Assembly: GCF_964355755.1 (NCBI RefSeq)
Contig: NC_092678.1
Location: 12,088,352 to 12,152,351 of the forward strand
Length of the DNA: 64,000 nt
From: Antedon mediterranea
Taxonomy: Eukaryota > Animalia > Echinodermata
Direction of reading: 5' to 3'
In this document: in pieces, positions 48,824-62,465 of the stretch
Position numbering within the stretch: the first letter of the stretch is position 1
Layout of the letters: each line of letters starts with the position of its first letter
Notes under the pieces: generated by a model
Told to the model about the DNA's origin: nothing
Databases searched by the model: none
The model's input: the letters and a program-made list of their open reading frames with translations, nothing else
Program-made: the position numbers and the translations under genes

Positions 48824-50806
48824 ATTGACGAAAAATGCACGAAATAACAATAATCAAAGCTGTTTAAATTAAAATTACCTCCGCCTAGGAGGTTATATTT
48901 TATTTCTCAGACATTTGTTTGTGTTTTTAGGACAAACCACAGACGGACCGACGACTCCATTCAATTTTGGAGGCAATCCAGACCAGGATTCCAATTCTGG
49001 ACCACTCTTTTTTCACCCGATTCTCGGTACACTACGATTCTTCTCGGTACCCGATTGTACTGATACAAATATCACAATACAAACCGAGGTATATAAGTCA
49101 CATATTAGGTCCTTCGTCAAAACTACTTGATCACGATTAAAATGTCATCGGTCTACCATCATCGATAATCATTATTATATCTTTCGAATTATAATTATTC
49201 AATTTCTTTTTTTAAATTTATTGTATGTGATTGTGAGTGATTTGGATTTGATATAATCATTGATATCCATCACTGCATCATCAACGTTATTCAAATTGCC
49301 TACAAATGCCATTTTCTAGTTTCGGTACGCCATGATGACGTAGCATCCCACACCCCCACATTGCTGTTTGATTCCAATTGATTGTTGTTATACAATTTAG
49401 ATAAGTTTCTTTATCAATATTAAACATTTTACATTATTAATTAAATTACATTTCAGTTTAATTGTGAAAATTCGCAAGTAGTCTATCCTGGCCGCCATAC
49501 ATCCAGACCGCACGGAGGGGGTATTGCATGCACCAACAGGATCATAATTGTATAGCTGATACTACTTATTATTATATGCATTAACATAGATAGAGATAGA
49601 CTGCACATAAACGATACAAAAACAAAATTTAATTTTTCATCAAGTAAAAGTTACAAACAAAAATAATATTACTCCAGTCGTTGGCTCATATATAATATTA
49701 ATAAACAATAATAAAGTTCAAATGTATACACATACCATTCTAAATTAAAGTGAAATATAAAACTATTCATGTATTGATATACTTTCCATGTACAAATCGC
49801 TAAAACATTGCAGTATAATATTGTCAATGCCGACCTTACAATTTGTGAAAGTAAAACAAATTACAATGTTTCATTAAATCATCAGTTATAAATTACTTAT
49901 GGCAGCGTACATTTATACATTTCTGTTGATTATCTGTCTGTTGTACTTTGTGAAACACTATTGTATTTCAGACAACAGTTACAATTTACAATTTAATGAA
50001 GATCATGATTGAGTGTGTCACGGGTAAACTGGTTCTGAATAATCTAGTAGAATCGTTAGCAAAGAATAACGCCGCCAACATGCATCGGCATGATTGCCAC
50101 CAAGCTTAAAAGTCACAAGCAAATTACTTGTGGTAGACTTAGAACAATTTATCTATTGTATTGTGGCCTGGTAAGATTAATGGAGATTAAACGGAAATAC
50201 ACGATGGATGTATAGCAAATGTATTAAATGTAGGAAATTATAATATAACTCCAAAACAGTCTGACCATGCAAAGATAAATACAGTATAACAATTATTTAT
50301 TCATTTTTATTCCAGAGGAGGATCAAAGTATATTGATCCAAACGTTGAGAAACTCAACAGTATATACGTGTCGAAAACTTTAGATATCAATTATATAACA
50401 ATTATGTTCTAACAACACCTAATATGCTTAATATTAACTATATTTACAATTTATTACGCGGTATTTTACTTCAGATCTGTGTTTAATATGCAGTACCATA
50501 CTTAAGATACGTATATTATATACCACTACATATACAGACAACTACATTATAAGAGTTATAAAAGTTGGTTACAATTCAACCACAAAATAAAAAAAAACAA
50601 TTCTCAACACCCCACAACAGTGTTCGATATCGTCATGTTGATTTTCAACTGTAGGCCTACATAAATTACGAAGTGAAGTGAACATCGAGAGAATAAAGGT
50701 AGATGGCACTATTCAAGAAAATACTTCTGGTAAAAACGAATTAATCTAATTTGGAGTAAATTTGTCGTTTATCGGCCTATAATAACTGTAGGCTTGACCG
50801 TATTGA

Positions 50807-53800
50807 TCATTGAATAAACATAACAAAATTACGTTCACACTCGTCGTTCAAGCGATGCGTTAGGTCAGTTGATAGATTGCAATTAACCATTTCAAGCTGC
50901 CTCAGATTTGGGGACCTATTCACTAAAGAGCACAGTAATTTAATATCAATGTTGCTGAGATCATTATCATTGAAATCAATCATTGCTAATTCTAATTCAT
51001 GATTTCCGCTATTTAAACACTCTATAATCATTTGATTCATAACACCACCTGATTAATTGCAATCACTCATTTCAAAACCCCTCATCTTAGGAGACATGAT
51101 TAATAAAGAACCCAGTAAAGTACCATCAATGTTGCTGAGATTGTTTCTACTGAGAACGATTGATTCTAATGTTAATTGAACTCCTCTTCTTGAACATTCT
51201 CTTATCATGTGATTCATTATGTTACCTGATAGATTACAGTTACGCATGTCAAGCCTCCATAGATTAGGAGACAAAATCAATAAAGACCCCAGTAAAGTGC
51301 CATCAATGTTCCCAAGAGTATTTTCCCTGATATCGAACGTATTTAGTGCTAATAGAACTCCTCTATTTGAACACTCTCTGATCATTTGATTCATTACGTC
51401 ACCTGAGAGATTCTTAATTGTAACTTTTTTATTAGCATTAATCCCTAAAATGTGTGCAATAACTCTCCCCTTGCAATCCGATGCCATCATGCTACAAAAT
51501 AAATTCAAACTAACATTAGTACATTCCATCAAATGAAGTTGTTTAATTAGACGTATAAAATGCCCAGCACAGTGTACTCCTGGACTAATGTGATCAATAA
51601 ACATCCTAATGGAGGTAGATATGTCTTCCAGGTGTTCTTTTATTTTTAAGTCTTTGCTGGTCAAATTATCGATTAATTCATTTACCACAGCGTCTTCATG
51701 TTGTCCTTTAACAAACTTTAAATTACTCGGAAGAGATCGATATGTTGACAACTGATTTGTTATCCAGTGCTTTAAAAATGAATCAACTTTAGGACCAAGG
51801 AAACCAATTGCAAACTCTCTCGCTCCCTTTAAATACTCACTTTCTCTTATTACCTCCCACTCACTTTCATACAATGGTGTAAGTAATTTTCTTACATCTG
51901 AGCATTCATTTTCCATATTTTCACTTACACATAATTTGCACAAGTAAAATCCCACCAATGACTCTACTATCAACTTGTGAGGAGGCATAAAAATGTTTTC
52001 AAAGTTTGATTTTGAGATTGGTGCTTCTTCGTATACAAATCCAAGTTTTAAGGCCATTTCAACCATATCTTTGTTAGCATGTGTATTCAAATCATTTTTT
52101 GTTATTGAAAGTCGATTTATCTTTAAGCTATTATACATACACTTACCTAACAAAATCATAGCATTGACATATTTTACAGGAGTGCTTTGAAATTGAGAAA
52201 TCTTTTGAACCTTTTCTTGTCTGTTGAACTGATTCAAAATACTACGAAATATTTCTTTAAAAAGGTCAGCATTATCAGTAGGAAGACTTTGATTGTCTTC
52301 CCACAGAATACAGATTGAAAGTAGTAACATTGGGTTTTTGCACATTGAATATGCTTCTGGATGTTTTTGTTGCCAACCCAATAATTCCTGTCTTAGAGAT
52401 TTTCCTACTTGAGGATTTTTAAAATACTCAAAATGTTTGTCAATATAATTTCTTATGCTCTCTTCGTTAAATCCATTTACTCTTACATGCACATTACACT
52501 CCGAGATAAATTCATCAATGTTCTCTGGTCGTGACGTAAGTATCACAGTACATTGTTCTAACTTATCTCTTTTGAAAATACTAATTATGCTTTGGTTCTC
52601 AAATCTTAATTCATCTAATCCGTCGATCAACAAAACAATTTTATTCTCATGTCTCTTTATGAATCTTTTAATTAATTTTGGATCTTCTGGGAGATCTGTG
52701 TCTAAATTAAAGTCTTCCATATTCTGTTGCTTTACAATCAGATCTAGAATGTCGTCATCTTTTTCTAAATCCCTTACACTCAAAAGAAATACAATTTTAC
52801 CTTCAAATACATTAATTGATTGGCCAGTAGCCCAGTTGTATGATAAATGCCTCAATATAGTAGTCTTACCAATACCTCCCTCGCCATCAATAAGAGCTTT
52901 ACACCCAGGTGTTGATTTGATAACATCTACCACTTCTTTTATTGTTGTTGCTTTGCTTCCTTGATTGCTTTCAGTTTGTTTGAGTAGTTCCATATCAGTA
53001 AACATCTGTGAAATGTCAACTTTGTATCTAATACGCATTATTGCTGGTGTAAATCTACTGGCCTGGCTGCAAAATTTCTTTTGTTTTTGAAGCAAATATC
53101 TTTCTATCTTTCCTAAATGAAAGAAAGTTGTTGAAAATCGTTTATTTATTCATATTGAATAAAGCGTTATTTAAATGATATATTTGTAACTCTACAAATT
53201 TTGCAAATTGTATATGTAAAGAAGCTAATTCTCTATAAAGACGGATACTCGTATGAAAAAAAAGTGGTTAAGCTTCATAATTATTATTGCTGTTTTAGAC
53301 ATGAAATCTCCGCTTTTTATTTATTTTTGTGCTCACTTTTATTATTTGGTATATAATTTGAGTGGAATAAACAATTACTCTTTCTATCTCGTTGCTGTGG
53401 TCAGGATATAAATCTACACAAAAAAGCAATTATATCTATTTTCTGAAAGTTGTAATATAAATGTATGGTAATGTAACTAACCTGCTTCTGATTTAACATC
53501 TTCTCCAATTCTTTCTTCTTCCACTGAAAATAAATAACATGACATTCTAAGATTCACAGTAAATGCATTTTATTCAAAAATAAATTCACAGTTTTTGTTA
53601 CAGAAATGTCAGAATCGTCCCCATTGTAAACATTATCCAATATTTATGTCAAATTGCAATAAAGCCATTTTGGAAGATTTTAAAACGTTAGAAGAAGCCA
53701 ATAATTTCATTGTGAACAAACAATTTATTGAAAATACTAAAAGTACCAGAAATTTAAATATAAACGTTTGAATCTCTCTGAATGTTGAGATACAAGAACA

Positions 53801-56800
53801 ACATAGAGGGATATCATTGTGTGAAATGCAATTGTTATAGCCTGGCTATCAGTGGTCAATATAAAGATAAATATAACATGTATTTTGCTTCAAAAAAGCT
53901 TAATGAATCCTGATTTTGAACACTACTATAATTGTCTTTTTTTTCGATTACAGTATTATTTTGTTGATATAAGTTTGCGGTACACCACTTATATTAGTTC
54001 GGAAAAGAACTGTTGAGTTTCTCGACATTTCGATCAATATGCTTTGATCGTTCTCAGGAGTGAGAACATTCTCAACATTTGATTTCGCCATGCAAACCTT
54101 CAAACAATATGTACAGATATTATTATTATCATGTTGTGCATTGTGTTTTCTAGGAAAGTCCTTCCGCAATGGTAATACAAAATTTCAATCATGTCCAATA
54201 AACGTTTAGTAGGGATTCTAAGCACGAAAATACTTTTGATTCATTAAAACACCAATGCGAACATTCTGAAAAGAGGTCGTATAAGGACACACGTAGTTTG
54301 CTTTTGTTTTATTTGTAGGTCGGAGAAATGAAGTACGGGAACGGAAGTATCGAGGGTCATAGGGAGAAGTTGCCATAATTGCAAACGACTTGTCTATTGG
54401 AAATGCTGTAACAATCACTCCCATTCTTTAAAAATTGATGGACTAGTTTACAACACAGTCCAGTGTAATTGAAGTAAGTATGAACTAACTGTGAATGCAC
54501 AGTATATTGGGTTAAGAATTGAATGTACCGTAACTTGGCCAGCATCTGGGCATATAGGGTGTGCATCTAATCATTTTGTTTTATTCAAAGGGTATTTACC
54601 CAGCTATTTCAATCCATTTAAACTGTTTTTACCATTAAAATAAGTCTAACTATGTCCAGTTTAACTATGTCCAGTTTAACTATGTCCAGTTTAACTATGT
54701 CCAGTTTAACTATGTCCTGTTTCATTTTATAATTATTATTTGCTTTGTTTATTAACGGATTGAGTTTGATATCATATTTCTATCACGGTTTGCTTGGATT
54801 ATCCAGTTTGAAATCATTTATTACCAACACAATAGGCCTAATGCTCTTTTGTATTAATCTTTAAATAAATCACTCAAGGGGTATTGAATGAATACAGTTA
54901 CTTACCTTGGTCTAATTTAACACATTTTGGTAATCTGGCGTACATTATCGGTGTATCTGAACAATGCGCTACTGATTTCTCTGATCCCTCTGTTTGAAAT
55001 AACCAATAGAAAATATTATGATTTCATTCAAGCAATGCTATCCACGTTAATAATGTTTTCTCATTCGTGATTTTGATACTGACGATCGTTTTTTCATAGT
55101 AATATGTACCATATGAATACCGTAGGTCCAATAATTCATGCTTTTGTTGAAAACCCCATCAATAATATATTTTCTTTGATATGAATAGTAAATATAAGAG
55201 TTTAATAATACTGTAGGCCTACATACAAGCGTAAAGTAAAAGTAAAAAAAGTAAAATAACTCACCCGTGTCTAATTTGCGTTTTAATGTAAGTTGCACTG
55301 CCTCTGTAGCTGAACCATCTGAATCAAATACAAAGACATATTAATAACATTCCATAATCACGTTTTTTCAAAATGTCATTCATTTTAGCATAATTTAGTA
55401 GCTTCACTATGCATGTTAAGAAGAATAGTTTATGAGTTCACACTGTGACTGTGCATCGCACAGTTTAGCACAATCCTTTTACAATTCGAATACAAAAAGT
55501 ACTCAACCAATCTTTATGTTGACAACGAAAGTTCCCAATCGAATACGAAAATTGTAGATTTTTAACATTTATTTTTACCCTCTTTCCCTGAAAAATCGTT
55601 GAATCCGGTCAATTCAACGCCCGCAAACCAAAGTCGACTGGAAAACAGTATTTATAGTCATCTAATCTTGTCTGTGTTATATAGGTTTCAGCAGTTACCA
55701 GATTAGATAGGTTTGTAGTTTGTAATGTAATTCTTACTACTAGGCCTATGGATTATTTCTTACAATACTTTATAACTATTGCAATACAATGTAAAATGTA
55801 TTGGATTTTGAGGAAGAGGTTATTTTCAGAAAAAAAGCACCACAATAATTTTGCAAATTATACCTATTGATTTGCATGTATTTTAGAAACAAATTCACAA
55901 ATATTCCCTCAACGTTATAGATGAATTATTCATTCTCATACATTTCCATTGCCAACATTGTCGTTAAAATCAATTTCAATAAGGCTATAATGCTGTAAAA
56001 TTTTATATTTATGTTTTTTAAATTTTTAGAATGTCAATATGGTTGTGTAATAATGTATACAATTACAATTTTGGACATATAAAATTCACGGAGACCGAAT
56101 TTGAGTGACTGTTTGTTACTGTAACTATACTCAGTTTTACGCTTTTTGCACCAACATACCTTTATTGAGAAGTTTTACCGTTGAATCCAGTCCAATCTTC
56201 TTTAGATTATCAATAAATTCTTCCAGTTTTTCCTCACAAAGTATTTGTCTTTGTTCCAAATCCATAATCAAACTCCAAGCATCTTTGTAATTCTTTAACG
56301 CACTACCATTGTACAGTGCATCAATTTTTTCAATATCCGTCTGTCGCAGTACATTTCCAAAATTTACAATTTGTAGTCGATATAATGTAAACTTTGTAAT
56401 TTCAACTTTTTGAACTTCGAGGAAAGAATGTTGGAGAAGATTTATGATACCAAACTGCTCTGTTACTTTTATTGTTTGGTAAAGTAGCGCAAGATTGTCA
56501 GAACTTAAACGTCCACATTTCCTTAATTCATTCAGTAAGTCTATCGTTTTACGGGCTTTGTCTATATTTGTTACTGTAATTAAATCTTTATATAAAACTT
56601 TCAGCTGTCTGAAGAGGTTGTGTTTATCATACCAAGTTGAAACATTCACTATATCAAGATCAAAATCTAATGGTAAATAAAATAGAAACAAATATTTAAA
56701 CACGGACTAAATTTTCCACAAAAATTACCATTTGCCATGTTCTCAATGTTATGTCTTCAGATCATTTCTTAGCTATCAAACAAAAATAATATATATATAT

Positions 56801-57248
56801 ATATTTCCCACTATAATGTTGCACAGTTGTTTTCTGTAGAAAATGCCCGTAACATGAACTAGTGCTAGTACGATTTCAAAGAAGTAAAATATTCGTTTTG
56901 AATTATATGACTGCTTATTGTTTTTTATTACACGTTGTTTAACATTTACAATTTCAAGATTAGCTTATTTGTCTGACCCTAACACGAAAGCGCTTCTGCT
57001 TATGGTTCTAGGTATAGATATGTATCTTATACAATCAGAAAATTGTTAATTTACTTAATAATTACTAACATTATCACTACATAATGTAAACATAAATATT
57101 ATAAACATTGACATAAATCATGGAATACCAGAATTTTATTTCAGTCTCCCAAAATTACAATAATAAAAAAAAATTAAATAATAAAGATTTAAAGACATAA
57201 TTAATTTTTAACAAAAAATCCATTCAATCTTCTATTACCTGTTGCCAT
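50807..57248 (-). CDS. NLR immune receptor: tandem death-effector-like domains + NACHT + LRR; in-frame stop at 51053-51055
   Basis: Exons 57239-57248 (or 56729-56738), 56160-56666, 55265-55318, 54906-54989, 53482-53523 and 53112->51053(50807), all phase-1 GT-AG. Walker A GEGGIGKT, Walker B LLIDGLDE, ILTSR, NPMLL; RI-type LRRs. Confidence 0.85.
51053..53112 (-). CDS. NLR NACHT-LRR exon
   Basis: 680-aa ORF; acceptor tttag at 53113-53117. Confidence 0.93.
53482..53523 (-). CDS. NLR linker micro-exon (VEEERIGEDVKSEA)
   Basis: ttttcag acceptor, gttagt donor; 42 nt, phase 1-1. Confidence 0.65.
54647..54720. repeat. 15-bp tandem repeat, 5 copies
   Basis: taactatgtccagtt. Confidence 0.9.
54906..54989 (-). 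CDS. NLR linker exon
   Basis: cag acceptor, gtaagt donor; 84 nt, phase 1-1, open (EGSEKSVAHC...VKLDQ). Confidence 0.7.
55265..55318 (-). CDS. NLR linker exon
   Basis: ttcag acceptor, gtgagt donor; 54 nt, phase 1-1 (DGSATEAVQLTLKRKLDT). Confidence 0.7.
56160..56666 (-). CDS. NLR N-terminal exon, two death-fold (DED-like) repeats
   Basis: 507 nt, phase 1-1; two helical units (LKVLYKD..DLLNELRKCGRLSSDNLALL; YRLQIVNFGNVL..WSLIMDLEQRQILCEEKL). Confidence 0.78.
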
Positions 57249-57937
57249 GTTATCAATTTTCTGTCTTCAGATCATGGTATTGCTTCGCTTTAAGTCGTTC
57301 CTACACTTTCAATTCCTATATTTAAGATTGAATAAGGCCACTTTTATTCGTATCAGTCGATAGCGAACAAACATTCAACATTCAACAGGTAGCACACCAT
57401 GATACCTTGTTCACGGTGAGTATGCCGTTTCCTTCTATAAATTAAACAACGCGCATTAACTCTATAGAATTTACATTTACAAAGAAGTTTATTATTATAA
57501 AAATGGTACAGCAATTTCATTTGAAATAATCAACTAGAAAATGTCCCAAGTTATTTCGTTTATTGAGGTAAATATAAAAGAAATAATGATATTCAAACAG
57601 TACTGCTTGGCACGGTTTCAAAGTAAATATTTGTTTTGAATTATATGTACAGTATACAGTCTTTGTAAAAGTACTACTTGCACGCTGTTTGTTTAAATTT
57701 ACGGGTTTAAACTGAGCTTATCAATAACTATATTGACATAAGACATTGACATATAGATAAACTTTATTCGACAAAAAATGTAACATTTTTGAAAATTATA
57801 TTTCTTTTACCACACCATCCTCTTGTTTTTAAAATAAAGTGTAAATTAATAGGAAGTGATCAATTATGTTGAAATATTATTTGTAATCTAGTGCTTTACA
57901 AAATCAACAGCTTTAGTATCAAGGAGACAAATTGAAA
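57149..57937. repeat. ~790-bp segmental duplicate (copy 1) carrying the NLR ATG micro-exon
   Basis: Colinear and highly similar to 61110-61887. Confidence 0.92.
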
Positions 57938-58440
57938 ACTCTCTTGCAATTGAAAACTCCCTAAAGTAGAATTAAATACCCACTTTCTCTTATAATATGG
58001 TGCAAGTAATTGTCCTACATCTGAGGAGTCATTCTCCATATTTTACTTTCACATAATCAAATACAAGTAATGACTCTAATGACTCTATTATCAATTTGTG
58101 AGGTGGCATAAAAATATTTTAAAAGTTAGATTTTGAAATTGGTGCTTCTTCGTATACAAACCCAAGTTTTAAGGCCATGTCAACCATGTCTTTGTTTGAA
58201 TGTTTGTCATTAAAATCATTTTTGTTTATTGTACGTTTGTTTACTTTAAGCTATATTATACACTTTCCTAACAAAATCATAGCATTTACATACTTTACCA
58301 GGAGTCTTTCGAAATTGTTCTTGTTTGTTAAACTGAATATGCTTCTTGATGTTTTTAGCCCAACCCAGTAAGTCTCGATAACTAGTTCCCTTTAAATGAA
58401 TGTTCCCAATTCTGGTTTAACAAAATATGCAAAGTGTCAC
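57900..58440 (-). pseudogene. Decayed NACHT fragment of an NLR paralog
   Basis: 58081-58300 aligns by eye to 51960-52180 (MALKLGFVYEEAPISKSNF*NIFMPPHKL); contains stops and deletions. Confidence 0.88.
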
Positions 58441-58763
58441 TGTGTTCTACTACTATATTTGAACATCATCCGCCTCTGGGATCTACATTTAAAAATTCGG
58501 GGATTTGGTGGGAGAGGGGGTTGGGAGATAGGGTGTGGGAGTTGGGGTTCAGAAGATAGGAGGGATTTTGCTTAGGCTAGGGGTAGTTTGATTGGAAAAT
58601 GTTAAAGTATTTTAATTATCCCTAGGAATGGGGCTGGGAGCTTAGGGTGGGGATTTAGACCTATCACCATGACCGAAACTGTATTGGGAATGTTTTAAAC
58701 TACTTATGAAAACTGCCACTGAGGGATTATGGGTTTGGGGTGATGGTTAACATAATTTGTACT

Positions 58764-59130
58764 GGCACCGTTTTAAACACATCACCCAGTATCTGGGGTG
58801 TGTTTGGAGGGAATGGAGGAAGGTGGCACCGTTTTAAACACATCATCCAGTATCTGGGGTGTGTTTGGAGGGGATGAAGGAAGGTGGCACCGTTTTAAAC
58901 ACATCACCCAGTATCTGGGGTGTGTTTGGAGGGGATGAAGGAAGGTGGTACCGTTTTAAACACATCACCCAGTATCTGGGGTGTGTTTGGAGGGGATGAA
59001 GGAAGGTGGCACCGTTTTAAACACATCAATTAGTATCTGGGGTGTGTTTGGAGGGGATGAACGAAGGTGGCACCGTTTTAAACACATCACCCAGTATCTG
59101 GGGTGTGTTTGGTGGAGGGAATGGAGGAGC
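58764..59130. repeat. 61-bp minisatellite, 6 copies
   Basis: ggcaccgttttaaacacatcacccagtatctggggtgtgtttggaggggatgaaggaaggt. Confidence 0.95.
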
Positions 59131-59873
59131 GAAAATACTGGCGTTATGAAGTAGCCTATATGATTGGAATTGTAATAGGAAAAGTTACTACATTCGAACT
59201 GTCCAGGAAAAGAGTTAAGGTTTGTTGATTGTGGCTGGGATGGTGAGAGGAGAAAGAAAGCTGGGAGCCCGCAATATCAAAATTAGATATTTTAATTATC
59301 AGCCAATATGACACCTATTTATTTGCACAGTTTACAACGTACTTAAACCATAGGCGTACATAAATCATAGCTATGTATACCCCTCTCAATTAGAAGCTGA
59401 AGTTGAATTTGTCTTGGGAAGAAGAATATCTTTTTACAAAAGAGTGTTATTGAAGAGGGGTGGGGTTGGTGGGTATAGGGAGGTACTGTCGTCGGTTGTT
59501 ACGTACTGAGAAGGCTTTATACTAATTTAAAAACCCGCCCTGGGGCGGATATAATTGCTAGTAATGTATATAAGTACATTAACATTAACTCATAAAATAG
59601 CTTGTCGACGTTAGTCGACAAGCTATCGTTAACAATAATCGGCGATCTTCTACGTAAACATTGAAATGTTAACAATGTACAGGAAAAGGTACTCGCTGTC
59701 GTTATCATTTCAACTTGATCGTTTTCAAACGATCGTCGTTGAACTTTTAACTATCAACGACGACAGGAAAACAGGCTTTAAGCACCAAATTTGAATTGTT
59801 TTTTTTAACATTTGTGTTCGAAAATTTATTTTTTATTTTACGTTGTGGGCATTATCACATGTGGGGGAAGATC

Positions 59874-60045
59874 GTTTTCACATTTGTTGGCGCTTATTTA
59901 ACATTTGTGGGTGATGTGTTTTCACATTTGTGGTTGCTTTCACATTTGTGGGTGATGCGTTTTCACATTTGTGGTTGTTTTCACATTTGTAGGCGATGCG
60001 TGTTCACATTTCATTTAAATTTGTGGGCGTTTTCGCATTTGTGGG
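59874..60045. repeat. Degenerate ttcacatttgtgg repeats
   Basis: About 8 irregularly spaced copies. Confidence 0.7.
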
Positions 60046-61109
60046 ATCAACAAAGCCTCCGATGCCTCTGTTAATATGAATAGATTGTATTGAGTAATTT
60101 CAATATGCATTTTATCTTAGCAATGGTATACCTATTCATCGTTATACAACTTCATTTTGTGATTTGTTTTACAGTACAGGATGTGTTTATTTTAAATAAC
60201 GAACCAGTTGAGATTGGATTGGATTGGAGTAGTGAAAATAATTATTTATGTTTGAAGATAACCGGATGTCCATGTGAGTTATTCTATGGCCACATGGTCT
60301 CCGGTACCAGAGTCCCATGTGTAAGACAATTATAAATAAATTATTTTGATATAACTGGTATTAGACGGTTAAATAAAAGTCTTTTTAATTAGATAATGCT
60401 GTAGATCATTTTATTAGTACATTCTAGCATAACTATGTTAACAATGTGTTGTGCTTCCTTATATCAATACAAATCAATTATTTTTCTGTTGGCCAAAAAA
60501 AACCTGGGATGCTTGGCCAGTACAGGGGAAAGGTCAATATGGTCAAACTTAAGACTTTTTGTAACTTGGTAACTACTGGGTTTATTGGAATATTTTTGTG
60601 CCAAACTACTCAGAAGACCATATTTCTATTCACTCTAATGGGCAACTTTTGAAAAAGTGGACGAAAATTTCTTTTCTGACTACTGGTCACGAAATTGGCC
60701 ATATGAATATCTAAGCAACCACTTGTCTGAAAGTGATAATTGTGGTCTCAAATTACTCGCAAAGTATATGTTTATATTTGTTCTAATGTAATAAAAATCA
60801 TAAAACTGTTAATAAACCCCTAATTTTGACTTTTGAAAATGGCCATATCAATATCTCAGGCACCACTAGTCAGAAAGTTATAATTGTAGTCCCAAATTAC
60901 TCGAAAGTATATATTTAAATTTGCTCTAATACAATAGAAATTTACAAAATGTTTAAAAAACACCTTATTTTGACATTTAACCTATAGCTGGTATATTTTT
61001 TCTGTTATTCTGTACAATGATTTCTTAGAGTAAGCTTCTTTTTGCTATGGATATATTATGTCATCATGGTATTCCGAAATAAAAAGATGAATGAATGAAT
61101 GAATTTCTT

Positions 61110-61887
61110 CCAAAAATTACAATAAAAAAGATTTAAAGACGTACTAAATTTTCAACAAAAAACTCATTAAATCTGTTATTACCTGTTGCCATGTTCTCAA
61201 TTTTCTGTCTTCAGATCATGGTATTGCTTCGCTTTAAGTCGTTCCTACACTTTCAATTCATAGATTTAAGATTGAGTAAGGCCACTTTTATTCTTATCAG
61301 CCGATAGCGAACAAACATTCAACAGGTAGCACACCATGATTGTTTGTCACAATACCCTTTTCACGGTGGTATGCCGTTTCTTTCTATAAATTAACAACGC
61401 GCACTAACTTTATAGAATTTACATTTACAAAGAAGTTTATTACAGTATTATAAAATGGTACAGCATTTTCATTTGAAATAATCAACTAGAAAATGTCCAA
61501 AGTTCTTTCATTTATTGAGGTAAATATAAAAGCAATAATGATATTCAAACAGTACTGCTTGGCACGATGTCAAAGTAAATATTTGTTTAGAATTATATGT
61601 ACAGTATACAGTCTTTGTACAAGTATTAATTGCACGCTGTTTTTTTAAATTTACGGGTTTAAACTTAGCTTATCAACTATATTGACATAAGACATTGACA
61701 TATAGATAAACTTTATTCGTCAAAAATGTAACATTTTTGAAAATTATATTTCTTTTACCACACCCTCCTCCATGTTTTTAAAATAAAGTGTAAGTTAATA
61801 GGAAGTGATCAATTATGTTGACATATTATTTGTAATCTAGTGCTTTACAAAATCAACAGCTTTAGTATCAAGGAAACAAATTGAAAT
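61110..61887. repeat. ~780-bp segmental duplicate (copy 2) with ATG micro-exon at 61183-61192
   Basis: Duplicate of 57149-57937. Confidence 0.92.
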
Positions 61888-62465
61888 GATGGATGATGGT
61901 TTTCAGTGGAAGAGGTGGCGATTAGGAGTGAATTCTCAACCTCAGCCCTACACCGTGTTGGGATTGAGTAAAAATTTTTTTGAAAATATGGACTTTGGCT
62001 AGAAATTAAGTTAAAAATCCTATCAAAGTTCCAGCTTGGAGTCAATTGTTTAAAACCTTAAAAAGATATTTGAAACTAAATTATACACATAGGTCGAGCC
62101 AATTCCAATGGTAGGGGGCGGTTAAGTGAGTCTTCTGCACCATCACTTACTTTGATCATGGAGTAGGCCTAATGTAATAAAGCGGCGACTCAGGTCATTT
62201 TTGTGAAATTCACGAAAAGCAATTTTGGATTTGAAACGAACAAAATCTCGGTCGCTTTTTTTTTAAATCAAGAAAAATTCACCAATTAATAGGAAATTCA
62301 TAACAGCGGTAGAATATAATATGTGAATTTTTTGGCAAGGAGATAATCAAGATATAATCCTAAATTTTTTAGAATTTGGCTGAAATATATATATTCTCCT
62401 TAACACTTTGAACTGCCACCGCCAGCGTTTTTAGCCCAATTCGATGTTTTTATTAAAGCTGATTG

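Noticed and set aside
51993-52964. Plus-strand ORFs overlapping the NACHT exon
   Set aside because: Antisense shadows of a real coding exon.
58764-59130. Palindromic repeat array as CRISPR
   Set aside because: No variable spacers and no cas genes.
60500-60985. Old Academ-like sub-terminal repeats
   Set aside because: Similarity to 29950-30540 is suggestive but too degenerate to set boundaries.
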